Source: an uncultured Ignavibacteriales bacterium
GTDB taxonomy: Bacteria; Zixibacteria; MSB-5A5; GN15; JAAZOE01
DNA: 64,000 nt
Direction of reading: 5' to 3'
Assembly (NCBI GenBank): GCA_964523575.1
Contig: CAZGAV010000006.1
Coordinates: 6,222-70,221 of the forward strand
The position numbers and the translations under genes are program-made. The notes under the pieces are model-generated. The model was given only the letters and a program-made list of their open reading frames with translations, searched no databases and was not told where the DNA came from. Of the stretch, positions 35,315 to 45,329 are shown one piece after another; position 1 is the first letter of the stretch; each line of letters opens with the position of its first letter.

Positions 35315-35624
35315 TTCTCCTCCTGTAATGTAGTGAAAGGTCTGACGCTAAACTTCGGAATCGATACCGCTTTTTTTACCACCCCCCTCTCATTTAGTGA
35401 TGTCCGCTATCGGATCATGATATTCCTGAATTGACTGCCTTCGACATTACGTATTATCCCCTCCGGTGGTACGCACCTGCCGGCAATTAAATTTATGAAA
35501 ATATTCAATTCTCACAATACTTTTTTCGCCTAATATTATATTAATATAATTATTTCTCAAGGCTTGTGTGACAAGGGAATGGTCTCGCCCGATGCGTCTT
35601 TTTGGCCGCCCGATTTCGGTGGCA

Positions 35625-37301
35625 TCAGCGATATCCGCCGGCGGTTTCGACGTATTCGGAATAAGTTCCGGGGAAATACCTCGACTTTTCGATATCGAAA
35701 ATTTCGGTGGCCAGGCGATCCAGCAAATATCGGTCATGGGAGGCGACGATTACCGTTCCGGTGTATTCGCCCAGCGCCGCTTCCAATGCTTCGCGCGCCG
35801 ATAATTCCAGATGATTGGTCGGCTCATCCAGCACCAGGACGTTGGCATCCGAAAAGAGAATTTTGGCCAGAGCGGTTTTGCTCCGTTCGCCCAGACTCAA
35901 GGTCCCGATTGATTGATAGACCTTATCGCGGCGGATATTCAGTCGACCGAGAATCGTCCGGGCCCGGGTCTGTTCCTGCAATCGACCCTGCAGGACTTCG
36001 TCCAGAATTGAATTTGAGGCCCCAAGTGTTTCATGCTCCTGCGAAAAATATCCGATCCTCGCCTGCGGCGCCCAGCGATAGTTGCCCGATGAAGCCTTGA
36101 GGTTTTCGGTGATGATTTTCAGTAAGGTCGATTTGCCGGATCCGTTGCTTCCGATAATACCCAATTTAACGCCCGATCCGACTGATAGCGTGAGATTTTT
36201 GAATATCGGACGCCGGCCAAACCGGTGTGTTAGGTTTTCAATCTCCAGAGCGAAGGGCGCTTTCAGAGTGGCCTTTTTGAAGCTTATTTTTCTTTCCCGG
36301 TCAAGGTGCGGACTTTCCGCTCGATCCTTTTCCAGCATGGAGCGAATTCTCTGTTCGATCGCCTTGGCCGAGCGCATTTTGTCGGCCCCGCCAGATCGCG
36401 CTCGTCCGGAACCGTCGTCGCGTTTGCAGATCCCCCCCTTTTTTGTCACCGAACGACTGAGCTTAAATTGCTCCATTCGGGAGGCTTCCTGCCGGCGTTT
36501 CTGTGCCGCCTCCCGCAACCGGCCGATTTCTTTCTGCTGATTCTCGTAGCGTTTCTGTTGCTTTTTGAGGCCGCCTTCTTTCTGGCTTTTATAGAAGGAA
36601 TAATTCCCGGAATAGACATGCAGTATTTTGTCTTGCAACTCCCAGATTTCATCGACGCAATTGTCGAGAAAACGGCGGTCATGGCTGATGATGACATAAG
36701 GCAGGGAGACCTGATGCAGGTAATTCTCAAGCCAGACCAGCGAAGCTATTTCAAGATGATTGGTCGGCTCGTCGAGGAGCATGATATCAGGATGGCGCAG
36801 GAGTATGCGGGCCAGGGCGATTTTGGTCTTTTCACCGCCGCTTAATGTTTCGATCGGCATCTTGTACAGATTTTCATCCAGATTGAAACCGGCCAGTACT
36901 TTTTCTATTTCAGCGTCGTACTCACCGCCGCCAAGGTCATAATATCGCGCTACAACTTCAGCATATTCCGGGGAAGATTGATCCGTCGAATGCATTTTTT
37001 TCTTAAGCCGGAACAGTTCTTCCCGGGCTTGCCATAAATAATCACTTACTGTGTGGCGCCCCTCAAGGCGCACCTCCTGCGGTAAATGACCAATGGTTGT
37101 CCCCCGACGGAGCGCCAACTGGCCCTCGGCGACCGGTATTTGACCTCGCATAATGTCGAGTAAGGTTGTTTTTCCGCCGCCGTTATCGCCGACCAAGCCG
37201 ATATGGCAGGATTCGTCGACGCTGAAGGACACTTTCTCCAGAAGATTATCGGTCTGACTCTCGAATTTGAAAGTAAGATTGGAGCCGCGAATCAATTCCA
37301 T
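35625..37301 (-). CDS. ABC-F family ATPase (two NBDs, no TM domain)
   Basis: Has Walker A GDNGGGKTT and GSNGSGKST, and signatures LSGGEKTK and LSLGERSK. A charged linker lies between the NBDs. Confidence 0.85.
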   Translation of the reverse strand: MELIRGSNLTFKFESQTDNLLEKVSFSVDESCHIGLVGDNGGGKTTLLDIMRGQIPVAEGQLALRRGTTIGHLPQEVRLEGRHTVSDYLWQAREELFRLKKKMHSTDQSSPEYAEVVARYYDLGGGEYDAEIEKVLAGFNLDENLYKMPIETLSGGEKTKIALARILLRHPDIMLLDEPTNHLEIASLVWLENYLHQVSLPYVIISHDRRFLDNCVDEIWELQDKILHVYSGNYSFYKSQKEGGLKKQQKRYENQQKEIGRLREAAQKRRQEASRMEQFKLSRSVTKKGGICKRDDGSGRARSGGADKMRSAKAIEQRIRSMLEKDRAESPHLDRERKISFKKATLKAPFALEIENLTHRFGRRPIFKNLTLSVGSGVKLGIIGSNGSGKSTLLKIITENLKASSGNYRWAPQARIGYFSQEHETLGASNSILDEVLQGRLQEQTRARTILGRLNIRRDKVYQSIGTLSLGERSKTALAKILFSDANVLVLDEPTNHLELSAREALEAALGEYTGTVIVASHDRYLLDRLATEIFDIEKSRYFPGTYSEYVETAGGYR

Positions 37302-37721
37302 GTCTTTATTTTAAGATTGAATTTTCAATTATGCAACCTCAGTTTTTCCGCAATCTTGATTGTGATTTAGGATGATCGCACCTGGGCATGTGATCTGTCC
37401 CCTGAGGTTCGCCGAAGGCCCAAATGTACGCCCGGGTACATTTAAGGGCTTCTTCACATCGGGCCATGCGGTCGCGACTTGTATATTCATCAATCGCTTA
37501 TGATTATGCTTGAAGACCGGCATATTTTTTGCAGACTTTTATTATCCGCTTTGATGTCGGGCCGTTTGGGCCGTATATTTTATGAGAAGACGCGACGGAT
37601 TTACAGGGAAGTTTTCGTGGCCGGCTCCAACGTCGCGATTATCCCGCCGGTGAAGAAGGCTGTCAGACAACTCAAGACCAAGGGCCGGGGGAGCTTTATG
37701 CGATTTCATGAGGAGGAAGTT

Positions 37722-39962
37722 ATGAGCACGATCTGTCATTTTCGCCGCCTCACTGTCCTTGCTGCCTTTGCCGTATTTTCTATCACCGCCACATTGATAT
37801 CCTTCAGCTCCGCCGAGGCGCAAACCCCGGTGCTGGATATCCACCCAGATACTCTGAGATTCTACGCCGATTTTTGCAACGGAACGCCTTTGCCCGGTGA
37901 CACCGTGCATCGCACTTTCACCGTTTCCAATATCGGCGGCGGTTCAATGAGTTGGGCAGGAGCGGCCGGGCAGTCATGGGCCGTTTTTGGTCCGACCGAG
38001 GGTGGGAATTTCGATTCGGTCATGGTCTGGGTTGATTGGTCGCAGACCCCAGTCATTTTCACTCCACCGATGCCCGGCGATACTATGCTGTTTGAGACTC
38101 AAATTACTATCACCGCACCGGGGGCGGCTGATTCGCCGCGGGCCCTTGTCGTCCAATTGGGCTATATTTGCGAACCCGAAAATTATATGCTCATGGCCCA
38201 GCCGTCGCACTTTCAATTGACTATCGCACAAGACGATACGTTGGCTCAATGGCTTTACGTCGCGGAAGCCCATAATGCCAATATCGAATTCTACCTGAGC
38301 AATTCCAGCAATTGGCTGATCCTGCCCGAAACTTTCGCGCCCCTCGTGACACCGGATTCGGTGCAATTTATGATTTCCTCGGGGGGACTGGCCCCGGGCG
38401 TTTACTATGACACCATCGTGATAGCTGCCTCAATCGAGCCTGCCAATACGGTCGCCGTACCGGTTGTCCTGACTGTATCCGGCGGCGATTATCAACTGGC
38501 TTCCGATCCCGCTTCGTTTAATTTCACCGTGGAGGAGGGCGTACCGATTTTGGCCGAAAGCCTGTATGTTTACGAGGTTCATGGCCATTCCATCAATTTC
38601 TGGACTTATAATCATGCTTACTGGTTGTATGTCGATACTATGGCCGCCTCGCCGCTGTACACGCCGGATCTGATTTTTCTCAATATCTATGCCGACACTC
38701 TCGGTCCCGGGACCTATGTCGATACTGTTTTTATTTATGCCGCCGAAACCAACGATTATCTGGCGGTCCCGGTGGTAGTCACAATTGAAGGACAGAATCC
38801 CGAGCATGAAATCGCGACCGAGCCTCATTATTTCAATCTTCACATGCCGCCCGATGACTTTCTGGATACCTCGTTGTCAGTCTATGAAACACACGGCCAA
38901 TCGATCGGCTTTATTGCCACCGATGGCGCGCCCTGGTTACAGATCTCGGGCGGGCCATTATTCACCACTCCGGTCGATCTGGATCTACAGATCAGTACAT
39001 CCGGACTGACATCCGGATTCTATGCCGACACGGTCTTCATCTTCCCCGACACCGACTCCTATTCCTTCCCGCCGGTGGCTGTTCCCGTCTATCTGCAAAT
39101 CACGGGCGAAACGGCGGTGGTCCGGACCTCGCCGGAGTCCTTCTATTTCTCGCTTATGCCCGGCGATTCGATCGCCGACGTCAGTCTCTTTGTCTATGAA
39201 GAGCACGGCGACAGTCTGCCGTACGCTTTCAGCGTCGTTGGAGAAAGCAGTTGGCTGCATCTGCCGTTGAACCTGACTCTGGGACTGACGCCCGATTCCC
39301 TGCATTTCGCAATCTACACCGACAGTCTGCCGCCGGGTACATACGGCGATTCTCTTCTAATCTATTACCCCTATGACGATATTTATGGCTTCACCGACGT
39401 CATCGTGCCCATATTGCTGACCATTGAGGGTAATCAACCCGGATATCACCTTGCAACGAATCCGAATTCGTTCAATTTCACGGTCGAATCGGGCGGCATC
39501 GCCTTTGATACCCTGCAGGTCTATGACGACTACGGCCATCAAATAGAATTCTTCTATCAAAGCGCCGCTCCGTGGCTGGTAGTCAATCCTCTGGGGATGC
39601 CGCCTTATGCGACGCCGATGTTTTTGCCCGTAATTGCCAATGCCGGCGGTCTGGAGCCCGGTCTTTACATCGATACTATTTTCGTCTGGTCGCTGACGAA
39701 CGATTCTCTGCCGCCGCAGACACTGTCAGTACCAGCTTACCTGACGGTCACCGGTCATTACACCTGCGGCGATGCCAACGGCGATGAAAGCGTGAATATC
39801 GGCGACGCCGTTTGTCTGGTCAACTATATCTTTCGCGACGGCGCGGAGCCGGTTTCTCTGGAGGCCGCCGACGCCAATTGTGACGGGACGGTTAATGTCG
39901 GTGACGCCGTCAACATTATCTCCTTCGCCTTCCGCGGAGGAGCGCCGCCCGGCTGTTATTGA
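37722..39962 (+). CDS. Secreted protein with about seven tandem beta-rich modules of about 95 aa and a C-terminal dockerin-like module
   Basis: The start at 37722 follows a GAGGAGG RBS, and a signal peptide ends ...SSAEA. The recurring pattern is P..F.F....L.VYE.HG..I.F....WL....L.TPD.....L.PG.Y.DT..I.....VPV.LT..G. Confidence 0.75.
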   Translation: MSTICHFRRLTVLAAFAVFSITATLISFSSAEAQTPVLDIHPDTLRFYADFCNGTPLPGDTVHRTFTVSNIGGGSMSWAGAAGQSWAVFGPTEGGNFDSVMVWVDWSQTPVIFTPPMPGDTMLFETQITITAPGAADSPRALVVQLGYICEPENYMLMAQPSHFQLTIAQDDTLAQWLYVAEAHNANIEFYLSNSSNWLILPETFAPLVTPDSVQFMISSGGLAPGVYYDTIVIAASIEPANTVAVPVVLTVSGGDYQLASDPASFNFTVEEGVPILAESLYVYEVHGHSINFWTYNHAYWLYVDTMAASPLYTPDLIFLNIYADTLGPGTYVDTVFIYAAETNDYLAVPVVVTIEGQNPEHEIATEPHYFNLHMPPDDFLDTSLSVYETHGQSIGFIATDGAPWLQISGGPLFTTPVDLDLQISTSGLTSGFYADTVFIFPDTDSYSFPPVAVPVYLQITGETAVVRTSPESFYFSLMPGDSIADVSLFVYEEHGDSLPYAFSVVGESSWLHLPLNLTLGLTPDSLHFAIYTDSLPPGTYGDSLLIYYPYDDIYGFTDVIVPILLTIEGNQPGYHLATNPNSFNFTVESGGIAFDTLQVYDDYGHQIEFFYQSAAPWLVVNPLGMPPYATPMFLPVIANAGGLEPGLYIDTIFVWSLTNDSLPPQTLSVPAYLTVTGHYTCGDANGDESVNIGDAVCLVNYIFRDGAEPVSLEAADANCDGTVNVGDAVNIISFAFRGGAPPGCY
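39768..39959 (+). other. Dockerin-like double-repeat module (copy 2 of 3)
   Basis: The module reads GDANGDESVNIGDAVCLVNYIFRDGAEP...ADANCDGTVNVGDAVNIISFAFRGGAPP. Confidence 0.75.
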
Positions 39963-39986
39963 AGGCATACGCCATAATGACGATAT

Positions 39987-40017
39987 GAGGCCGACGTCGA
40001 GTCGGCCTCTTTTTTTA
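39987..40017 (+). terminator. Intrinsic terminator
   Basis: The stem GAGGCCGAC (39987-39995) / GTCGGCCTC (40001-40009) is followed by U7. Confidence 0.8.
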
Positions 40018-40172
40018 TGGTGCCTGCGGAACCATTTTCGATGGAATCTGAGCGGCCCTTATGGGCCGTTTTGAAGCCCGCTTCAGTTCTTCTGGACATC
40101 ATGTTTCAATTGCCGTATAATATTGAGGAACAGAGAAGTAATAGCTCAAGGATAATACAAGAGTAGTAAAAG

Positions 40173-41123
40173 ATGACGCCCCGCCTGTCAAAAAATTTTG
40201 CCTTCCGCAAGCAACTGGATTATGTCATGAAATGGATCCGCCATTTCGGAGGCGGACTGTATCATCGAGTCGATGATCACCATATTTTCCTCCTGGCCGG
40301 CGGTTTGGCTTTTTCGCTTTTCATCTGCATCATTCCTATGGTGCTGATTATTTTTTCCATACTCGGCAACCTCCTCAAAGAACCTTCCATTGCCGCCGAA
40401 ATCACCTCGTTTATAGAAAAGGTCGTGCCGTACGAGCAATATGCGCTCAAAGCCAAGGATATCGTCTTCTCCCGGGTCGATGAATTCGTAATTTATAAAA
40501 ACCTGGCCGGAATCGTCGGCATCATCGGGCTTTTGATTGCCGCCAGCGGTCTTTTCAGCGGTATGCGCACAACCCTCAACACCATTTACCGCGTCCCCCC
40601 CACGGCCTCGGTTCTGATCGGAAAATTGCGCGATATCGGATTGGTTTTGATTGTGGTCATCTATTTTCTTCTTTCGACTACGGTCCTTCCGGGGCTGGAT
40701 ATCTCACAGACGATGGCCGCCAAATTCGGATTTATGGGCAAATTTCATCTGGAATTTCTGTCGGAATTCGCCCTTCGGTTTTTCTCCCTTCTGCTTATTT
40801 TTATCAGTTTCATTTTTATCTATTTTTCCATTCCCCAACGCCGCCTGCCGGGACGGGTGATTACGATCAGCGCCCTGTCAGCCACCATTCTATGGTATCT
40901 GGCGCAACGGTTGTTCGGCTTTTATATCAGCAATTTTTTCACCCTCAAGCGTATTTACGGAGCCTACTTTTTCATAATCGTGGTCGCCTTCTGGATTTAT
41001 TACACTTCGTTGGTGTTTATCCTCGGCGCCGAGATCGGTCAGCTTTACAGGGAATGGATCGATTTGCGCCGGGAATCGGCGGAAGATCAAGGCTCCGATA
41101 ACTTTACCCCAGGACCGCAATGA
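40173..41123 (+). CDS. YihY/BrkB-family membrane protein
   Basis: Has a conserved N-terminal HHIFLLAGGLAFSLFICIIPMVLI and about 6 TM segments. The start is uncertain. Confidence 0.75.
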   Translation: MTPRLSKNFAFRKQLDYVMKWIRHFGGGLYHRVDDHHIFLLAGGLAFSLFICIIPMVLIIFSILGNLLKEPSIAAEITSFIEKVVPYEQYALKAKDIVFSRVDEFVIYKNLAGIVGIIGLLIAASGLFSGMRTTLNTIYRVPPTASVLIGKLRDIGLVLIVVIYFLLSTTVLPGLDISQTMAAKFGFMGKFHLEFLSEFALRFFSLLLIFISFIFIYFSIPQRRLPGRVITISALSATILWYLAQRLFGFYISNFFTLKRIYGAYFFIIVVAFWIYYTSLVFILGAEIGQLYREWIDLRRESAEDQGSDNFTPGPQ

Positions 41124-41321
41124 CCCTTCGCGCACCTTACGTCATTTAATGGCCAACCTGCAACCTTTGAGTGCTTCCTCGGTCTATTAACCATATAAGA
41201 ACCACCGACAGATGGTGCAAGACGCCGAAGAAAAGCCGCCCGTGACGGCAGTGATGGTAACATTATCGCCGGCTTTGCGTACACAATGGGTAGATGAAAC
41301 AAAGAAGCAGGGAATAGAGTC

Positions 41322-42680
41322 ATGGCAAAGAAAAAGCGTTCCAAAAAGTTATTCATTGGCATTGCGATCCTGATTATTATCGTTGTCGTCGCTGTTATCA
41401 GTCTTCAAAGTTCAAACGGCAAGGCGACGCCGGTTCAGGCCGATCTGGCCTATCTCGACGAAATCTCCGAAATAGTATCCGGATCGGGACGTATCCAGCC
41501 CCAGACCAAGGTCGATATTACATCCGAGGTTTCCGCCCAGATCGTCGAAGTGTACGTCGCCGAAGGCGACCGTGTGGTCAAGGGCCAGGATTTGATCCTG
41601 CTGGATACGATTCAGCTTCAGTCGGATGTGGCTCAGGCGCGATATAGTCTCGACGAAGTCACGGCTCGCGCCGAAGCCGCTCGAATCCAGTTCGAGAAGA
41701 ATAAACTCGAGTTCGAGCGCCAGAAACGCTTGTTCGACCGGCAGTTGATCTCAGAGAACACCTACACCAACGCCAAATTCGCCTATGAAGATTCCAAGGC
41801 CAATTATGACGCCATGCAGGCGCAAACCAAGACCGGTCAGGCCCGACTGGAAAAGGTGCGGGATAATTTGACCAAAACCCGGATAACCGCCCCGATGGAG
41901 GGCATTGTCACCTATCTCAGCGCCGAGGTTGGCGAAATCGCTCAGGCCCAGACGTCGTACACTCAGGGTCAGAGGCTGATGACTATCGCCGATTTATCGG
42001 TTTTCGAAGTCGAGGTTGACGTCGATGAAACCGAAATCGCCAAAGTGCATCTCGGGCACCCGGCCAGAATCCGCGTTGACGCCTTCCGCGACACGTCTTT
42101 TGCCGGTTCCGTAGTCGAAATCGGCAATTCAGCGACGGTCGAAGGTCAGGGCACGGAGAACTATTCGACCAATTTTCTGGTCAAAGTCCGTTTCGATGAA
42201 ACCGGTATCCCGGTTCGTCCGGGGATGTCGGCGACGACCGATATTACGACCTCCAAAGTCGATAATGCTTTGCTGGTTCCCTATGCGGCGGTGGTCACGC
42301 GCGAATTCGATCCCGATTCCCTTCCCAATTATCATCGGATAAGCGATTCCAGCAGTGTTGATGAAACGACGGCCTTGGCGGCTCCGGCCGAGACTTCAAA
42401 TTCCGGCGAGGCCCAGGCGGCCACTATCCCGCGTGGAAACAAGACGAAGAAAATCAAGAAATCGGGCGTTTTCATTATCGATGGCGGCAAGGCACATTTC
42501 ATCGAAATCGCTACCGGGATCGCCGATGATCGCAATATTGTCGCCCTTGAAGGTATCATGCCGGGCGACACTGTGATTTCCGGCTCTTTCCAAACCCTTC
42601 GGAAGCTGACCGATGGTGAAGCGGTTGAAATCGAGCAGCACAGTCTCGAGAATATGGGCGAGATCCGCATCGACCTGTAA
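41322..42680 (+). CDS. HlyD/MacA-type periplasmic adaptor (membrane fusion protein)
   Basis: Has an N-terminal anchor, a long coiled-coil hairpin, a lipoyl-like motif (ITAPMEGIVTYL) and beta-barrel domains. Confidence 0.8.
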   Translation: MAKKKRSKKLFIGIAILIIIVVVAVISLQSSNGKATPVQADLAYLDEISEIVSGSGRIQPQTKVDITSEVSAQIVEVYVAEGDRVVKGQDLILLDTIQLQSDVAQARYSLDEVTARAEAARIQFEKNKLEFERQKRLFDRQLISENTYTNAKFAYEDSKANYDAMQAQTKTGQARLEKVRDNLTKTRITAPMEGIVTYLSAEVGEIAQAQTSYTQGQRLMTIADLSVFEVEVDVDETEIAKVHLGHPARIRVDAFRDTSFAGSVVEIGNSATVEGQGTENYSTNFLVKVRFDETGIPVRPGMSATTDITTSKVDNALLVPYAAVVTREFDPDSLPNYHRISDSSSVDETTALAAPAETSNSGEAQAATIPRGNKTKKIKKSGVFIIDGGKAHFIEIATGIADDRNIVALEGIMPGDTVISGSFQTLRKLTDGEAVEIEQHSLENMGEIRIDL

Positions 42681-42708
42681 ACCGAATAAGGTATAATGGC
42701 GGCCGACT

Positions 42709-43932
42709 ATGATCACTATATCGATATTCCGTGAAGCCCTGAGTGCCCTGTGGACCAATCGCCTGCGGTCGTTCCTGACCGTCCTCGGCATGCTCATGGG
42801 CGTGACGTCGGTGATTGCTATCGTTTCGGTGGTCGAGGGGATGCAGGCCGATATCGAACGCAGTCTCAACACCATGGGCCCGACCACCTTCACCGTCACC
42901 CGCTTCGGTTTCGGCCTGTCCTGGACCGATTATCTGGAAAGAATACACCGCAAGAAACTGACCCGGGGGCTGATCACGCCTATCGAGGATGGTTGCCCCG
43001 ATTGCGAAATGGTCGGGGCTGAGGGCTATGCCTCCGACAGAGTAAAATATGGCGTCAGTAGCATGCGTCGCGTCGAAATCAGGGGCGAAACCCCTAACAT
43101 GCTGGCCATGCGCGCTTTCGACGTTAAAATGGGTCGCTACCTGACCTGGGAGGATGAATACCGCCGCCGCCCGGCCGCATTCATCGGGTTTGAGGTATAT
43201 GAGAAGTTGTTTCCCAATGAAGACCCTATCGGGAAACGGATCAAGATCGGCAAGCGGGAATTCGTAGTCGTCGGCGTCGCGGAAAAACAGGATGGCGCCA
43301 TGGTCGACGGTCTCGACAATTTCGCCGCTATCCCCCTGGCGACCCTGCAGAAAATTTACCATCAGCCCGGAAACCCGGTTAATCTAGTAATCAAGGCCGG
43401 TTCCATGGAAACACGGCAACGGGCCATGGACCAGGTACGGGTCGTGTTGCGCTCGGCTCGGGCCGTTCCCTACGGTGACGCTGACGATTTCACTATTGTC
43501 ACGCCCGACGCTATTTTGAGCTTCGTCAATGACATCACCCGCGCTTTCCGGGCCATCATGATTTCCCTGCCGCTCATGTCAATCGTTATCGGCGGCATTG
43601 TCATCATGAATATTATGATGATATCGGTCACCGAACGGACCCGCGAGATTGGCATCCGTAAATCCATCGGCGCCCGGCGGCGTTATATACTGCTCCAGTT
43701 TCTTTACGAGTCGCTCATTCTGTCCACCATCGGCAGTCTGCTCGGTATCGGCCTGGGAGTTAAATTGGGGACAATGATGCTCAATTCCTGGATGGATATT
43801 TATTTCACGCCGACGACGATGGCGATTATCCTCGGTCTCAGTATCGCTATGGGAGTCGGCGTGTTTTTCGGCATCTATCCGGCCCGTAAGGCTTCCCGTC
43901 TTGATCCTATAAAGGCGTTGACTTATGAGTAA
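42709..43932 (+). CDS. MacB/FtsX-type ABC transporter permease
   Basis: Has N-terminal ALWTNRLRSFLTVLGMLMGVTSV, a large periplasmic domain, and a C-terminal FtsX motif ERTREIGIRKSIGARR. Confidence 0.85.
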   Translation: MITISIFREALSALWTNRLRSFLTVLGMLMGVTSVIAIVSVVEGMQADIERSLNTMGPTTFTVTRFGFGLSWTDYLERIHRKKLTRGLITPIEDGCPDCEMVGAEGYASDRVKYGVSSMRRVEIRGETPNMLAMRAFDVKMGRYLTWEDEYRRRPAAFIGFEVYEKLFPNEDPIGKRIKIGKREFVVVGVAEKQDGAMVDGLDNFAAIPLATLQKIYHQPGNPVNLVIKAGSMETRQRAMDQVRVVLRSARAVPYGDADDFTIVTPDAILSFVNDITRAFRAIMISLPLMSIVIGGIVIMNIMMISVTERTREIGIRKSIGARRRYILLQFLYESLILSTIGSLLGIGLGVKLGTMMLNSWMDIYFTPTTMAIILGLSIAMGVGVFFGIYPARKASRLDPIKALTYE

Positions 43933-45178
43933 ATGGCGGCGACCACTGGCGGAGGTTCAGGAAGGGGTTCGGCTGGCGCTGGAGTCGATCCGAGCCAATA
44001 AATTCCGCAGTCTGATGACAATTATCGGCGTCATGATCGGCGTCGGCGCCGTCATCCTCATCAATACCATCATGGACGGTTTCAATCAGTACGCCGAATC
44101 CTCAATCGATAAAATCGGTCGAAATGTGATCTATGTCACCAAATGGGATGTCAACACCGACTTTGACAATCTGACCGAGGAACAACGCCGCCGCAAAAAT
44201 ATCACCATGGATGAAGCTTATGCCATTCAGAACATGTGCCCGGCCGTCAAGGCCGTATCGCCCGAGAAAAAATCATGGAATAATGTCGCCAAATACGGCA
44301 CCCGTCAGATCCGCAATCCCGACGATTTCCGCGGTTGCTGGCCGACCCTGCCGGAAGTGCTCAATCGTGGCGTCTCCTATGGACGTTTCATCGACGACAA
44401 CGATATGCGGCGAAGCGCTATGGTTACGGTGATCGGGCCCGATATAGCCGATGCCCTTTTCGATACTCGCGCCGAAGCGATCGGCAAGGAAATTCGGATT
44501 AACAGCTACAAATTTACGGTGATCGGCGTTCAGGACTACATCGAGGATTTGTTTGAAATTAGCGAGAATGACTTTATTTATATCCCCATGACGACCTTCG
44601 AACGGCTTTATCCCGATGTCGAGCGGGTGTATCTGGTGGTCAGCGCCATGTCCCGCAACCAGTTCGGCGAGGCGCTGGATCAGGTCGTCAATGCTCTGCG
44701 TCGGGTCCGCAAGGTCAGATTTGACGAGGAGAATAATTTCGGGATTTTGACTCAGGACCGTTTCAAAAATATGGTCGGCGATATCACCATCAAAGTCCAG
44801 CTCGGAGCCACGGCCGTGGCCTTCGTCGGCCTTCTGGTCGGCGTTATCGGAGTCATGAATATCATGCTGATTGCGGTCACTCAGCGCACCCGCGAGATTG
44901 GCCTGCGGAAGGCTATCGGCGCCCGGCGAGGTAATATCCTTTTCCAGTTTCTGGTTGAAGCGGCGACGCTGACGGCTCTTGGGGGATTGGTCGGAATTTT
45001 CTTCGGGGCTATCGTCGGTTTCATCGTGACCTCCGCTCTGGAATGGCATTATCAGCTATCTCTTCTCTGGACCATGTTCGGAATTACCATGTCGGTCGGC
45101 ACCGGTTTGGTGGCCGGGATGTATCCGGCCTGGAAAGCCGCCCGCCTTGATCCCATCGAAGCCTTACGTTACGAATAA
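43925..45178 (+). CDS. MacB/FtsX-type ABC transporter permease (paralog)
   Basis: Has the same architecture (IRANKFRSLMTIIGVMIGVGAV; QRTREIGLRKAIGARR). It overlaps the upstream permease by 8 nt. Confidence 0.85.
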   Translation: MSKWRRPLAEVQEGVRLALESIRANKFRSLMTIIGVMIGVGAVILINTIMDGFNQYAESSIDKIGRNVIYVTKWDVNTDFDNLTEEQRRRKNITMDEAYAIQNMCPAVKAVSPEKKSWNNVAKYGTRQIRNPDDFRGCWPTLPEVLNRGVSYGRFIDDNDMRRSAMVTVIGPDIADALFDTRAEAIGKEIRINSYKFTVIGVQDYIEDLFEISENDFIYIPMTTFERLYPDVERVYLVVSAMSRNQFGEALDQVVNALRRVRKVRFDEENNFGILTQDRFKNMVGDITIKVQLGATAVAFVGLLVGVIGVMNIMLIAVTQRTREIGLRKAIGARRGNILFQFLVEAATLTALGGLVGIFFGAIVGFIVTSALEWHYQLSLLWTMFGITMSVGTGLVAGMYPAWKAARLDPIEALRYE

Positions 45179-45329
45179 CTGACGCGGCCGAATAGCCCGG
45201 CTATGATGAGAAATGAAATCCTGCGTAAAATTTAATCCTGATAGGTGAAAAATGGATGCCCATCCGGCCGTTGGCGACGGCGCGGATAGGTATCAATTCG
45301 GGGGCAGGTGGGAAAATCCACCGGAAAGA

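Noticed and set aside
35625-37301. The ABC-F ATPase as the missing energising subunit of the MacB-type permeases.
   Set aside because: Its tandem-NBD architecture with a charged linker is characteristic of soluble ABC-F translation factors. It is also on the opposite strand and 4 kb away.
42556-45049. Minus-strand ORFs of 268 aa (42556-43362) and 258 aa (44273-45049).
   Set aside because: They are antisense to the two FtsX/MacB permeases.
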